Assembly (NCBI RefSeq): GCF_006345805.1
Contig: NC_043006.1
Span: 92,690,001 to 92,754,000 of the forward strand
Direction: 5' to 3'
DNA length: 64,000 nt
From: Octopus sinensis
Lineage: Eukaryota
The notes below the pieces were generated by a model. The model made no database searches. It was not told the origin of the DNA and saw only the letters and a list, made by a program, of their open reading frames with translations. Shown here one piece after another: positions 53,121-64,000 of the stretch. How positions within the stretch are numbered: the first letter of the stretch is position 1; each line of letters opens with the position of its first letter. The translations under genes and the position numbers were made by a program.

Positions 53121-53217
53121 ATATATATATGGTAACATGTATTATACATGTATGAATGCATGTGGGTATATATATATATATATATACCCACATGCATTCA
53201 TGCATGTATAATACATG

Positions 53218-53518
53218 CGTACATACATACATACATACATACATACATACATACATACATGCATACATACATACATACATACATACATACATACATGCAT
53301 ACATACATACATACATACATACATACATACATGCATACATACATGCGTACATGCATACATACATACATGCATACATACATACATACATACATACATACAT
53401 ACATGCATACATACATACATGCATACATACATACATACATGCATACATACATACATACAACATACATACATACATACATACATACATACATACATACATA
53501 CATACATACATACATACA
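53218..53518. repeat. (CATA)n tract with interspersed CATG units
   Basis: Direct; gives the YVCM/HTYI pseudo-ORFs. Confidence 0.95.
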
Positions 53519-54060
53519 AGTGGCTCGTGTCGCATATGACCAAGCAATTTATCGAGAGTGAAATATTTCAAATCTGGTAATTTCTGTCCGAGAAGTAATT
53601 TTCTTGTTTGCAATTTAACTCCAATCCCTGCTTTTTCCCATTGGCCGAATGCGGTTGGTGCTTGGAAGCTGCTACCGAAAGAAGCGGGAGACTCTCATTG
53701 TTTAAGTGGAAGAGGAGAATTAAGGTGAAAGTGTGCATACTTTAGGGCTGATCTAGGGCACTATAGGCCATGGTGCACTGCTTAAATGTATCTGTCATCT
53801 TATATCTTATTTTCGTTTCAGTGATTAGACTGTGGCCATGCTGGTGCACAGTCTTGAAGAAGTTTAGTCAAACGGATCTACTCCGGTTCTTATATGTTTT
53901 CAACCTAGTACTTATTCTATGGATTTCTTTTCCTGGATCGCTAAGGAACAGGGAATGTAAGTACACCAACGCTGCTTTCAGGCGGTGGTGGGACACAAAC
54001 ACCGACGGAAAGACACACAAACACATATATACAGACACACTCACTGTGTATACACACTGT

Positions 54061-54131
<71 letters not shown>

Positions 54132-54608
54132 AAGATATAGAGAGAGGGAGAAGAGCAGTTAAAAAAATTAACCCCGTGCGTGTTGAATGGCCGTTGTCTT
54201 TAAATAAAGCAAGGGCATTTCTCTTTGGTAACAACGTAATGTAATGCGAGCGAGATAAATGAGGTCTATTTCTAGGTCAGCGTGGTTAATACAAAACAAG
54301 TACAAAACAATGTACAAACTAAATGAATCAAATATGTACATGCTACGATTTACAGTTGTATACTCCACATTTTATTTTAAAATAATATGCAAATTTTAAA
54401 ATATATTTACATTCATTTATTCACATCGATTCATAATTCAAGGTATACAATATTTTAAAATAATAAAAGAGAGAGAGAAGTCATGCTTCTTCATTCATAT
54501 CCAAACGTTCTTCTAATCTGTCGCTGGAACGGCAACGGCAAATTGTGTGTTTGTGTGTGTGTGTGTGTGTATGAAGCGTGTTTTTTTAACTACTCTTCTC
54601 CTCATGTT

Positions 54609-54644
<36 letters not shown>

Positions 54645-54983
54645 ATTTTATTTTATTTATTTTAAATTTATAAATATTGGGCTAATGTTTTTTTCATGCA
54701 AAACTCCATTTCATTAAAAAAATTCTCCAGAATTGGATGTTTGAAAGAAAAGGGGGGACAGTACCTTTGCGTTCTAAATATAACTCAAAGGAGAAAGAAA
54801 GAGGAAAAAAGAAGGAAAGAGGAGAAAAAAGAAGGGAAGAGAGAAAGAAAGCTGAAAGACTTTCAGTGATGACCACACCACACTTTTGTTTGGAAAGGTC
54901 ACCATCCTTAAAACCATTCCAATACAATCGTAAATGACTAAATAGATAAATAAATAAATCGTGAATAGAAAGGGGTTCCCCCT

Positions 54984-55016
<33 letters not shown>

Positions 55017-55044
55017 CCCCTCTCTCTCTCTCTCTATCAGCCTA

Positions 55045-55250
55045 TCTTATTTCTTATTTCTTTATTGCCCACGAGGCGATAAACATAAAGAGGACAAATA
55101 AGGACAGACAAAGTGGTTAAATCAAATACATCGGTCCAGTGCGCAACTGGTACTTAATTTATCGAAAGGATGAAAGGCAAAGTCCACCTCGGCAGACGAA
55201 ATACCACTAAGCATTTCGCCCGGCGTGCTAACGTTTCTGCCAGCTCGACA
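55045..55250 (-). mobile_element. SINE family B, internally deleted
   Basis: AAAGGATGAAAGGCAAAGTCCACCTCGGC..GCTAACGTTTCTGCCAGCTCG. Confidence 0.8.
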
Positions 55251-56413
55251 TCTTACCTATCAGCCTATCTACCTACCTATATTTCTATCTGTCTCCATTG
55301 TCATAAAACCTCATCCAAGAAAAAAAAAGTTCTCTTCTTGTAAACAAAACCCCTAAAAACATCCGTTTTATTTAAATGAACAAGCTGTTTGTACATTCAC
55401 AAAATTCTATTTGACAAGTCCGAGAAGCGAACGAAAGTTCTATAATAATAAATAGAAATATTTTTTCGAAAATTCTGACGAATTTTTTTTCTCAATATTC
55501 AATTTCTGTACACCACACCTAACACTCTACACACACACACACACACACATAGTTTTCTGCATTTGATTTGCAAGATTATTTATGTGAACTCGTGTGTTGG
55601 AACATATTTTATTTTATTTGGGGAGGGTCATTCTCTTTTAGTGCCTTATTACTTAACACACTCACTGGTTCTATTTCTACTCGTTTACTTATTTCTTCCA
55701 AAATTTTTGTTGCGTCGTGTAACCTCTTCAATAATCGCTGACTGTCAGTTTATTGAGCTGTGTTCTTTTTGTTTGTTTCTTTGTGCGCATTTGTAAGTTA
55801 GGCGATCGACTGAGCAATATCAGGTAAAAATAACATCAAGGAAAAATAATTATCAATAGCCAAACATCACAGATATTTACAAAGTAGAGCGAATAGTCAG
55901 CCATATCTGATATATGCGTTAAATGAATTTAAACCGAACACACTTTGACATATTCTCGATTCTTCGCCTACAAAATACATGCACAAAACGCCCAAAGAGC
56001 CATACAATGGAACTTAACTCGTAACCATGTGGTTGGGAAGCGATCTTTTTACCACACAATCACGCTCGTATGTTCTGAATAAGTTACTAATTTTCATATT
56101 TGGTCTCCTAGCATTCAGATAAGTGTTGGTTTTAAAATATCTTCAATTACCTCAAAATAAATTGTTAACGTTTCTACGGGCGACTTAAGTCACTTTTGAG
56201 TATATATCTATAGAAATAAGTTCAGTAAATTTAGATTCAGTTGAATATGGTACTTAAATTAAATGCACCAGAATTTAATATGGTATTATCCATATAATTC
56301 AAAATGGGGTGATTATAATCAAAATAAGCAACAAGGATATCCAGAGGTAATATGCATGCACACACACATTTTAAATCTCTGAGTCAGAGAAATAAAGTAA
56401 GAGTACTGGATAG

Positions 56414-56825
56414 TAATGTGACAGTCCTATAAAGGACGGTGTTACTGTTGTTTTAACCACAGGAAAACACCCATTGCAGCTGGCTATCGGCACACAGTTT
56501 GTGTCCGTATATAGCATTTGCAAGGGAGGTCATCTCTCCCATATCTAGCCTTACGAGATCACCGACTGTGTGTCGCTTCGAGAATATATACTATTTGCGA
56601 GTGGAGATAGCTTTCGTCTCTAGCTGGTGGCTGACTCACACTGAGGACGGATAACATCCAGAAAGCTAGGTCTGCAAGTGTCACGTAAGGCTAGATATGG
56701 GAGAGATGACCTCCCTTGCAACTGCTATATACGGACATAAACTGTGTGCCTATAGCCAGTTAGAAAAGACGTTTTCCTTGGACTTAAACAGCAGTAACAT
56801 CGTCCTTTATAGGACTGTCACGTTA
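56414..56825. mobile_element. Foldback element with ~140-bp inverted arms and a central hammerhead-like core (inverted pLTR pair or MITE)
   Basis: GTGACAGTCCTATAAAGGACG..CCCATATCTAGCCTTACG is mirrored by CGTAAGGCTAGATATGGG..CGTCCTTTATAGGACTGTCAC; CTGAGGA..GAAAGCTA at 56641-56668. Confidence 0.75.
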
Positions 56826-56843
56826 TGTTGGCATATAAATATT

Positions 56844-56897
<54 letters not shown>

Positions 56898-57769
56898 TAT
56901 ATGTCTATATATCTATCTACTTGTCCATCTATCTAACTATCTGCCTGTCTATCTGTCTCTCTTATCTAAAGTACGTGTGTAAATATGTGTACGTGTGCAT
57001 GCGTTTGTGCGTGATGTGTATGCACGCACACTTTTACGATTTCCATTGGTTACATATGCTAGACTATGTCAGCATACACTTTGAGTGTCTGTGCTTATTC
57101 TATAGGTCATTATGTATGTATCAAAACACCTGGCATCAAACAATATGCATCATACATGTAACGACTCCACATTCTGGATGCTTCAGTTTTGTGCATGTGT
57201 AAATCTCCGAGCGATTTGGAGTCAAGTAAGAAGTCTTTTAAATAGATGATACACACTTAAGACGATTCATGCCTGCTCACTTTTATGGGGTTTTCTACAA
57301 GTGTTGTAATGTTTCGAAAATCGTTAATTAACAACAAACTAATTACAGATTATATGTTCATATGATCATACTTTGCTGGGCAACTGCGGATTATTTATAG
57401 TTTAATGAATGTGGATATTGGCGTAAGACTTAAATGGATACCTAAGACTAGAGAGATACTAACCAGACGCAAATAATATTCCTGAACAGGAATTTGCTGC
57501 GATTTAAGTATTTCTCATTCCTCGAAATTTTATATCACTCTTTGGTTTTGAATAAATGATAATTCTCCATGTCGTAATTAATCTTTAAATATTATTAGTC
57601 ATCGTGATGTACACATTGTAATAATGACTTCGATATATATATATATACATATATATAACACACATGCACACGCATATATATCAATGTATGAGTGTGTATA
57701 TGTATATCCATATAAATATAGATCTCCACATATACTCAAATACATACACAGACATACATTATATATATA

Positions 57770-57846
<77 letters not shown>

Positions 57847-58679
57847 GTATACATACATATATATATATATATGTATACATACATAGATACACACACACAC
57901 ACATATGTATATATATATATATATCAATTTGGTTTTCCAGAATGCCATAAATTGTAGATGAAATATTTCACTGTCAAATGTTCGACGATAACCAGAATTT
58001 TATGTCAGACCTCTTCGCCATTAGATATGCAAACATATAATTTTCTTCTTTGGGTATTAATCTCGCAGTAATTTCGCAATGTAATAAGGTGAATCCACCG
58101 GAGCATATTTGACCAAAGTTCTCGGTTTTTGTTGAGGCCTCTCTGGAAGCAGAGAATTATATTCTAATATCGGTTGCCATACTCTCCAATTAATTACACA
58201 TTCCGAAATGCAGGAGGAATTTATGAATGTCCAATGAGATTTTGCGTAGCGAGTAAGTTTTTATATTTCATTAGAATTCTATTCTCGTTCCTCTTCGTTT
58301 CATTTTAGTTTTGCATCACTTTGCAATAAAAAGCGTGAGTGGGGAGAGAGGTGCAATGTTTCATGCTATTAATAATTACATATCATTTGTTTAAAGACAA
58401 CATAAGACAGAAATATTAGCCATTATTCGATATTGCAATATGCTAAGCATATACACACGGTAGCTTGAGTAACATTGTATTTGAATATTTTGAATATTCT
58501 AAATTTTGTGTTCGTAAACTCCGCGCTAAACGTAAAGATTAGAATTCGTTCTAAATTTGTATTCTTGTATATACATACATAAAGTAATCATGCATAAATG
58601 CATACACACACGCACGCACGCACTTATACACATATACACCTATATATATATTATAAATTTAGATAAAACTTAGATGCGT

Positions 58680-59090
58680 TTAGACTAAAGATTGGTCAAA
58701 GCCATGTCTAACTTAATAGCACCACCTGATAGGATTATTTAAGTTCTTTTTAAGCCAAGTTTTGTGGTATCATGGTCCACTCATGTAGGGAGTTCTTGTT
58801 GAGTGAGTTGTCTTCAGGTATAGATGGCTTTACTTGTATTCCTTAAAGAAATTTGTCCAGATTCTGTTTAAAGGTGATGGGATCCTTTCCCCCTTTAATC
58901 TGTTTTGGGACAATGTTAAATAGGGCAGGGCCTGTTGAGGCAAAGAAATTACAGTGTCTTTATGTGCTGTGATCCTGAATTGGGTAGAGCACGTATTGCC
59001 CGTGGTCCTAGCCTTGGATGGATTTTGAAGCTAATTTTGAAGAAGTCGTTTGGGCAATGATGGCGGTATGTGTTGTGGGTGTGCATGATA
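58680..59090 (-). mobile_element. CR1-like LINE 3' end
   Basis: Minus strand HHCPND..FKIHPRLGPRA..FASTGPALFNIVPKQIK..FKQNLDKFL..NKNSLHEW, typical of CR1/L2 ORF2 C-termini. Confidence 0.7.
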
Positions 59091-59202
59091 AAATAGGATA
59101 TAACATGTTGTATGTAGCAACAAGTAGATCAAACAGTTATGTTTTTACAATTCCCAAGTCAGTATCACTCGGGACAATGTAATGCTTTACTACAAAATAT
59201 AT

Positions 59203-60307
59203 TGTTACGGACCACCTGCCGTAACGGTCGATCAGCGAATGCTCGCCACAGAAACTCGTCGGAGGAGAGGAGAGATACAACAACAACAGCAGCAGCAGCA
59301 CAGAGGCACAGAGGCAATCGAGAGAGACACAAAGAGGCAAGGCACAACTGGCTTACATTTAACAACTAGTTTATATGACAATCAATTGTTACAACATCAA
59401 TTACATTTAAAGATACATTTAAAAGAGGACATGCAAGTAACAGAATCAACACATAATACAGGTATACCACAGATCAAAGCATTTAAAGGAAATAACAAAT
59501 CAATACAGGTATATCAGCATTTCAAGAGTACACGTCCGAAGACACAGTTCTATTTCAAAACACATCAACAAGTCATATACAGTTCAAAGGACATGACAGG
59601 CCTAACAGTTCAATGTTCATTATACAATGTTCAAATCACAACACTGTACACAATGTCTTTACACAATTCACATTGTTCATTAAATTCCTTTTTTACTGTC
59701 TCATTTCTTTTCACTGTTCAATACATCAATTCCTTGTCCTTTTTCTTCACATATCAATACACAATTCACGTACCTTACATTAGCCAACGCCTCATATTGT
59801 ACCTCATCTCCATCGCCGCCTATTCCTCTGTACATATCTCTCTCTGTCCCAATACTCCAAGACCGCCGACTGCTTAAATTCCAACCGCTCGCCCTGACTC
59901 CCAAAAACCGACTGTTCGCTTTGACGACCTAATACCGACTGTCCCTCTATCACTACCCTCAATCTGTTTCTGCCTTGCTAATATCCTCTCTATCTGCTCT
60001 CAGCCCTATCTGCCTATCTCTATCGGCGCTGCTGCTGTCACCCTCTCATGACAGCTCTCAGATCCCTTACTCTGTCTTTCTCACTACTTTCTTCTTCCTC
60101 TTCTTCACTGTCACTAGATTCTTCCTTACTCTATCTTCCTCGGCCCTCACATCTCTCTGACCCCTAATCGACCGGGACAAGGCCAAAGGTCCCCGCAAAA
60201 GCCATTACTCTTCCAGTAAACAAAGGGCTGTAGCTTTTTATTCCAGACTTGCAGGCGCCACTCCCACAAAGTGGGTCAAGAAATACTGCACCAGCCGAAC
60301 CATAACA
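59203..60307. mobile_element. Solo LTR (Gypsy-like), 1105 bp
   Basis: TGTTACGG...CCATAACA termini (TG..CA, short inverted ends), 4-bp TSD ATAT at 59199-59202 and 60308-60311; no internal coding region. Confidence 0.8.
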
Positions 60308-61972
60308 ATATTTACTACACAATTTTGATAATGTACTTTACTAGAAATTTTTCAATACTAAATTTAAATCTTGTATGAAGCTGAGCGCATTTATTATTGT
60401 CCCACAAGCAAATGGTCTTATTTTGTTGTCCTTTACGAAGAAATACTTTGAGTAACCAACTCTCATCATTGAAACATATTCGTTATATTCCTCTACAAAC
60501 TGCATGTAAATATCCCCAAAATATATTTGAAACAGGAAGTAAATATTGCTATAACGAAAAGTGCAAAACACTAAAACCAAAAAAGGCAAAAAGACAAGAC
60601 AAAGAAAGAAAAAAACAAAACAAAAACAAAGAACAATGATAATGATAATAGTAATAAAGTTCTTAGTGGCATTTCTTTCAGGCCTCTCTCCAAATATACC
60701 ATTTAATGCACACAGTATAATGATACAAGCTACTCATAGTTTGTTACATTGGAGGCACGGATCATGGCAGAAGGCCTTCATAACACAACTTGTGTCGCCA
60801 GGCAATCTTTAGGCTCCCGGATTTTGCATCCACCTTCCTCTAGTACATTTGTTGCGATTTCTTTCTACCAGTGTCTAGTTTTGTTAATTTGGATAGACTA
60901 GGTGCGCAAATTCTGATGATTGTTTGATGTAAAACCTGCCTAGTCCCTTGTCTCCAATGCGAGAACGATTTGTGCCTTTGTACATCCCTGTTAAGGGGTA
61001 ATATATACTTCTTCCGTTGTTACCCCAGAATTAAAACATGTATCCATAAATAATATCCGGTTAAACTTGATTTTCTGTTTGCCATCATATGACATTCGCG
61101 TTAGAATAAGTACCTCTGTTTCCAATAATATCTGTGTGCAATATAAAAGAAAATGGAAGAGAATAGAGAATGATTAAAGTGACCGAGGACTTCGTATGAG
61201 GGTCCGTGCGTGTATCTGTGATGGAAGTTGCGTATTCGTTGAAAAATTGATAAAATTCGGTAACTATGAAGCAGTTGTCTGCATTTACGCTTGACTGTTA
61301 TTCTTCGTAGTTTCATGTAAAACAAATACCAGTGATACATGGATAGTATTGGAATTCAATACATGTCCTTATTTTGAAATATTGATTATGTTCTCTTTTT
61401 TATCGAAAAAAAATTGTTTGAGGCAGCCATGTGTATTTTCTATCACATAACTCATCCACTAAATGAACTCAGTTCTGAGATGTGATAATAATTATATGTG
61501 GTCGATGGTAGACTGAGAGAATAATAAATTAATGGTGCCATGTATGAAAGTGAAAATAATTTCAGTTTATATTGAGGTAGAACAACACTCTTGCAATCAT
61601 CTTCAAAGAAATGCATGTTTATTGCGAAATTTACGGTCTAATGTTGCTTTTTGTTTTTGATTTAATGTGATAGTTGTGTCTTCTCTAATGAACCATTTAT
61701 AAATCTGAAGAACATCACAGTTTTGGTTTGTAACTGTAGGTAAAAGCATTCTTATTATACCAGCCAATAAATATTGAGACGCTGAGCGCTAATGTCGTTC
61801 AATGTACTGCTTTTGTGGAGATGTTCTTGGATTGAGGTTTCAAACTGGCCAATCCTTGGCTCACTGCAAGTTACGAAGAGTGACAATAGAATATATATGC
61901 TTCTCTTGACGCAACAAATTCCCCTGGGGCTTTTTCTTTAAAAGAAGTCGGTTTATAGGCTACCTTACGAGT

Positions 61973-62390
61973 ATGTATGTATGGGATCTAAGGAAGAATG
62001 TAACAATCGAGAAGGTGAATGACAATGACCTTTCCGCATACACGTTCTGTGACAGACCTTCCCTGTCTTTACCTGGTCTCAAATCTCATCTGCGAAAGCA
62101 TGGAAAACGAACTTCCACCAACTATTCTGACTATATGTATGTGCACACATTTGAATTCAGTGTATGCCAGAAGGTTTGCAAATCCAACGGAGGCTTCAAC
62201 ACACATGTTAAGTTCCACAAAGAGCAGAAATTATCTGCAGGTATTGGTGGTCCAAATCAGAGGTGCAATCTATGTGGGTCTCTTTCCAGAACTTTGTCTG
62301 GTTTAAAAAATCACATCAGACGCCATGATGGTGCTAAGGTGTAGGTACAGGAGGTGGTCAAACTCTGCATAAGGAGTAGACAACCACCAT
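61973..62390 (+). mobile_element. Triple C2H2 zinc-finger ORF fragment, probably the 3' end of a LINE (RTE-like)
   Basis: [59 protein letters not shown]; no TGEKP linkers; short 3' UTR with GGTGGT..ACCACC pairing, then microsatellite. Confidence 0.55.
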
Positions 62391-62441
62391 GGATATACGT
62401 ATGTATGCCTGCATGTATGTATATATATATGTATGTTTGTT

Positions 62442-62503
<62 letters not shown>

Positions 62504-62636
62504 GAGAGGTAAATATGAGGAACATGCTATAACACACACACAACATACAAACATATATATATGTATATATATACATGTATATGTATATACAGAGAGAGAA
62601 GGAGAGAAAGAGCGAAGTAAAGAAGGAGAGAAGTGA

Positions 62637-63095
62637 GGATGCAATCGTTGCTATGTGGTTCAAAAGCATGCGGTCTCGGGGTTCAATCCTGCTGCTCGGC
62701 ACCTCGGGCAAGTGTCGTCTTCTATTACGCCGGTTCTTGTGAGTGAATTTGTTTGACGTCATCAGAAAGAATCCAGTCGCATATGTATGAGGCATTGGGG
62801 TTGTGTGCTTGTTCGTGTAACTTTGTCTTGAGTGATATCATGTGATGTAACAAGCTTCAAAGCTCGAAACGAACATCGCGAAGTAAACGAGCATCACCGT
62901 CATAACATGTGAAGTTGTTTTTCTTTCCAATCTTAGACGTGAAAACACGTTTGAACATACGAAATATTACTTTCCTTAGAGATGTGCGTTGCCACGAGAA
63001 GGATATCTGGCAGTAGAAAATTTGCCTCAGTAGTTCCTGTTTGACCCGTGCAAGCATGGAATCGTGGGCGTGAAATAGTGATGATGATGGTGATG
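62637..63095 (+). mobile_element. Degenerate SINE with family-A-like head and (GAT)n tail
   Basis: GGGTTCAATCCTGCTGCTCGGCACCTCGGGCAAGTGTC; ends GCAAGCATGGAA..GTGATGATGATG. Confidence 0.6.
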
Positions 63096-63829
63096 AAAGA
63101 GAGAGAGAGAGAGAAGTAGACAGAAAGAGAGAAAAGTGATCAACTTGGATCACTTTTCTTTCTTTCTTTCCCGTTATTTGTTCACCATATTTACAATAAA
63201 GAAAGGAACAAGTGACGCCGATCGCTGTGTTATTTTCGTTGTTGTTCCGTCGAAGTTGACCTTGTCGTTTATCTTTTCAAGTTCGATCAAATAAGCACCA
63301 GTTAAACATTGTGGTCGATGTAATTGTTTGACTGTCTCCTCTCCAAATTTCAGATCTCATTCCTGTAATAGAAAGGATTATTATTTTTGTTGCTATTACC
63401 ATAATTATTATCTCCGCCGTTAAACACCATCTTCCCTTTATATTAGTCTGTATCAAAGAATTAATCCATCATTGACCACATTTACATGGAATCAATAAAA
63501 CCTATGTAATTACATGTTCTTCATATTCAACTCTCACTTTTTCAGTATCGTTCAGAGGACAGAGACACCTACAACAACAAAAACCGATTCTGGATTCAAT
63601 AAAGATATTAATAATGTGAGCTGATGAGAAACAGCACCAGAATTAATATGGACATATCTAGCATTTTTGGTGAATGATATTGGACTAAATTAATCATAAA
63701 ACTTGATTAGCCCTTTGTGTTACGACTTCAAAACAGGAGCGACAAATCCGATCTTATCAAGAACAACGCCGACAGTAAAGAAATGCAAATAAAATCAAGT
63801 GGTCTTGTCCCTATATTCTCCCCAAATTG

Positions 63830-64000
63830 ATTTCAAATTTTTGCACAAGGCCAGCTAGTTCTGAGGTGAGAATAAGTCGATTACATCGACCCCCGCTCCA
63901 GTGTTCGACTGGTACTTTTTTATCGACACCGAAAAGACGAAAGACAAAGTCGACCTCGGCGGAATTTGAACTGAAAACGTGAAGATGAACGAACTGTTGC
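63830..64000 (-). mobile_element. SINE family B, runs off the window end
   Basis: GTCGATTACATCGACCCC..GGTACTTTTTTATCGAC..AAAGTCGACCTCGGCGGAATTTGAAC. Confidence 0.8.

Noticed and set aside
60640-61100. Possible third Dong 5' region next to a TAA-like tract
   Set aside because: Translations were too degraded to support the call.
63618-63640. CTGATGAGAAAC hammerhead-like string
   Set aside because: No stem II, no palindromic stem III and no stem I.

Overview
AT-rich eukaryotic DNA, very dense in microsatellites ((TA)n, (CA)n, (GATA)n, (CATA)n, (TAA)n). The SINE families and repeat make-up point to an octopus (coleoid cephalopod) genome; this is an inference from recognition, not a database result. 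I found no convincing intact host gene, and most ORFs in the track are microsatellite translations. The window is a graveyard of mobile elements: a Naiad-type Penelope-like element (RT + GIY-YIG) and Neptune-like Penelope fragments, two R4/Dong-type RLE LINE remnants at (TAA)n tracts, CR1-like and RTE fragments, three Tc1/mariner relics, two hAT relics, a 1.1-kb solo LTR with a 4-bp TSD, more than 20 tRNA-derived SINE copies from at least three families, and a ~1.9-kb tandem duplication. The most notable hidden layer is about a dozen minimal type-I hammerhead ribozyme motifs (CUGANGA..GAAA..UH). A few have complete cores and most are degenerate or partial. They sit in short Penelope pLTR-like inserts next to (TA)n, carry different palindromic stem III sequences, and two loci hold back-to-back inverted copies.
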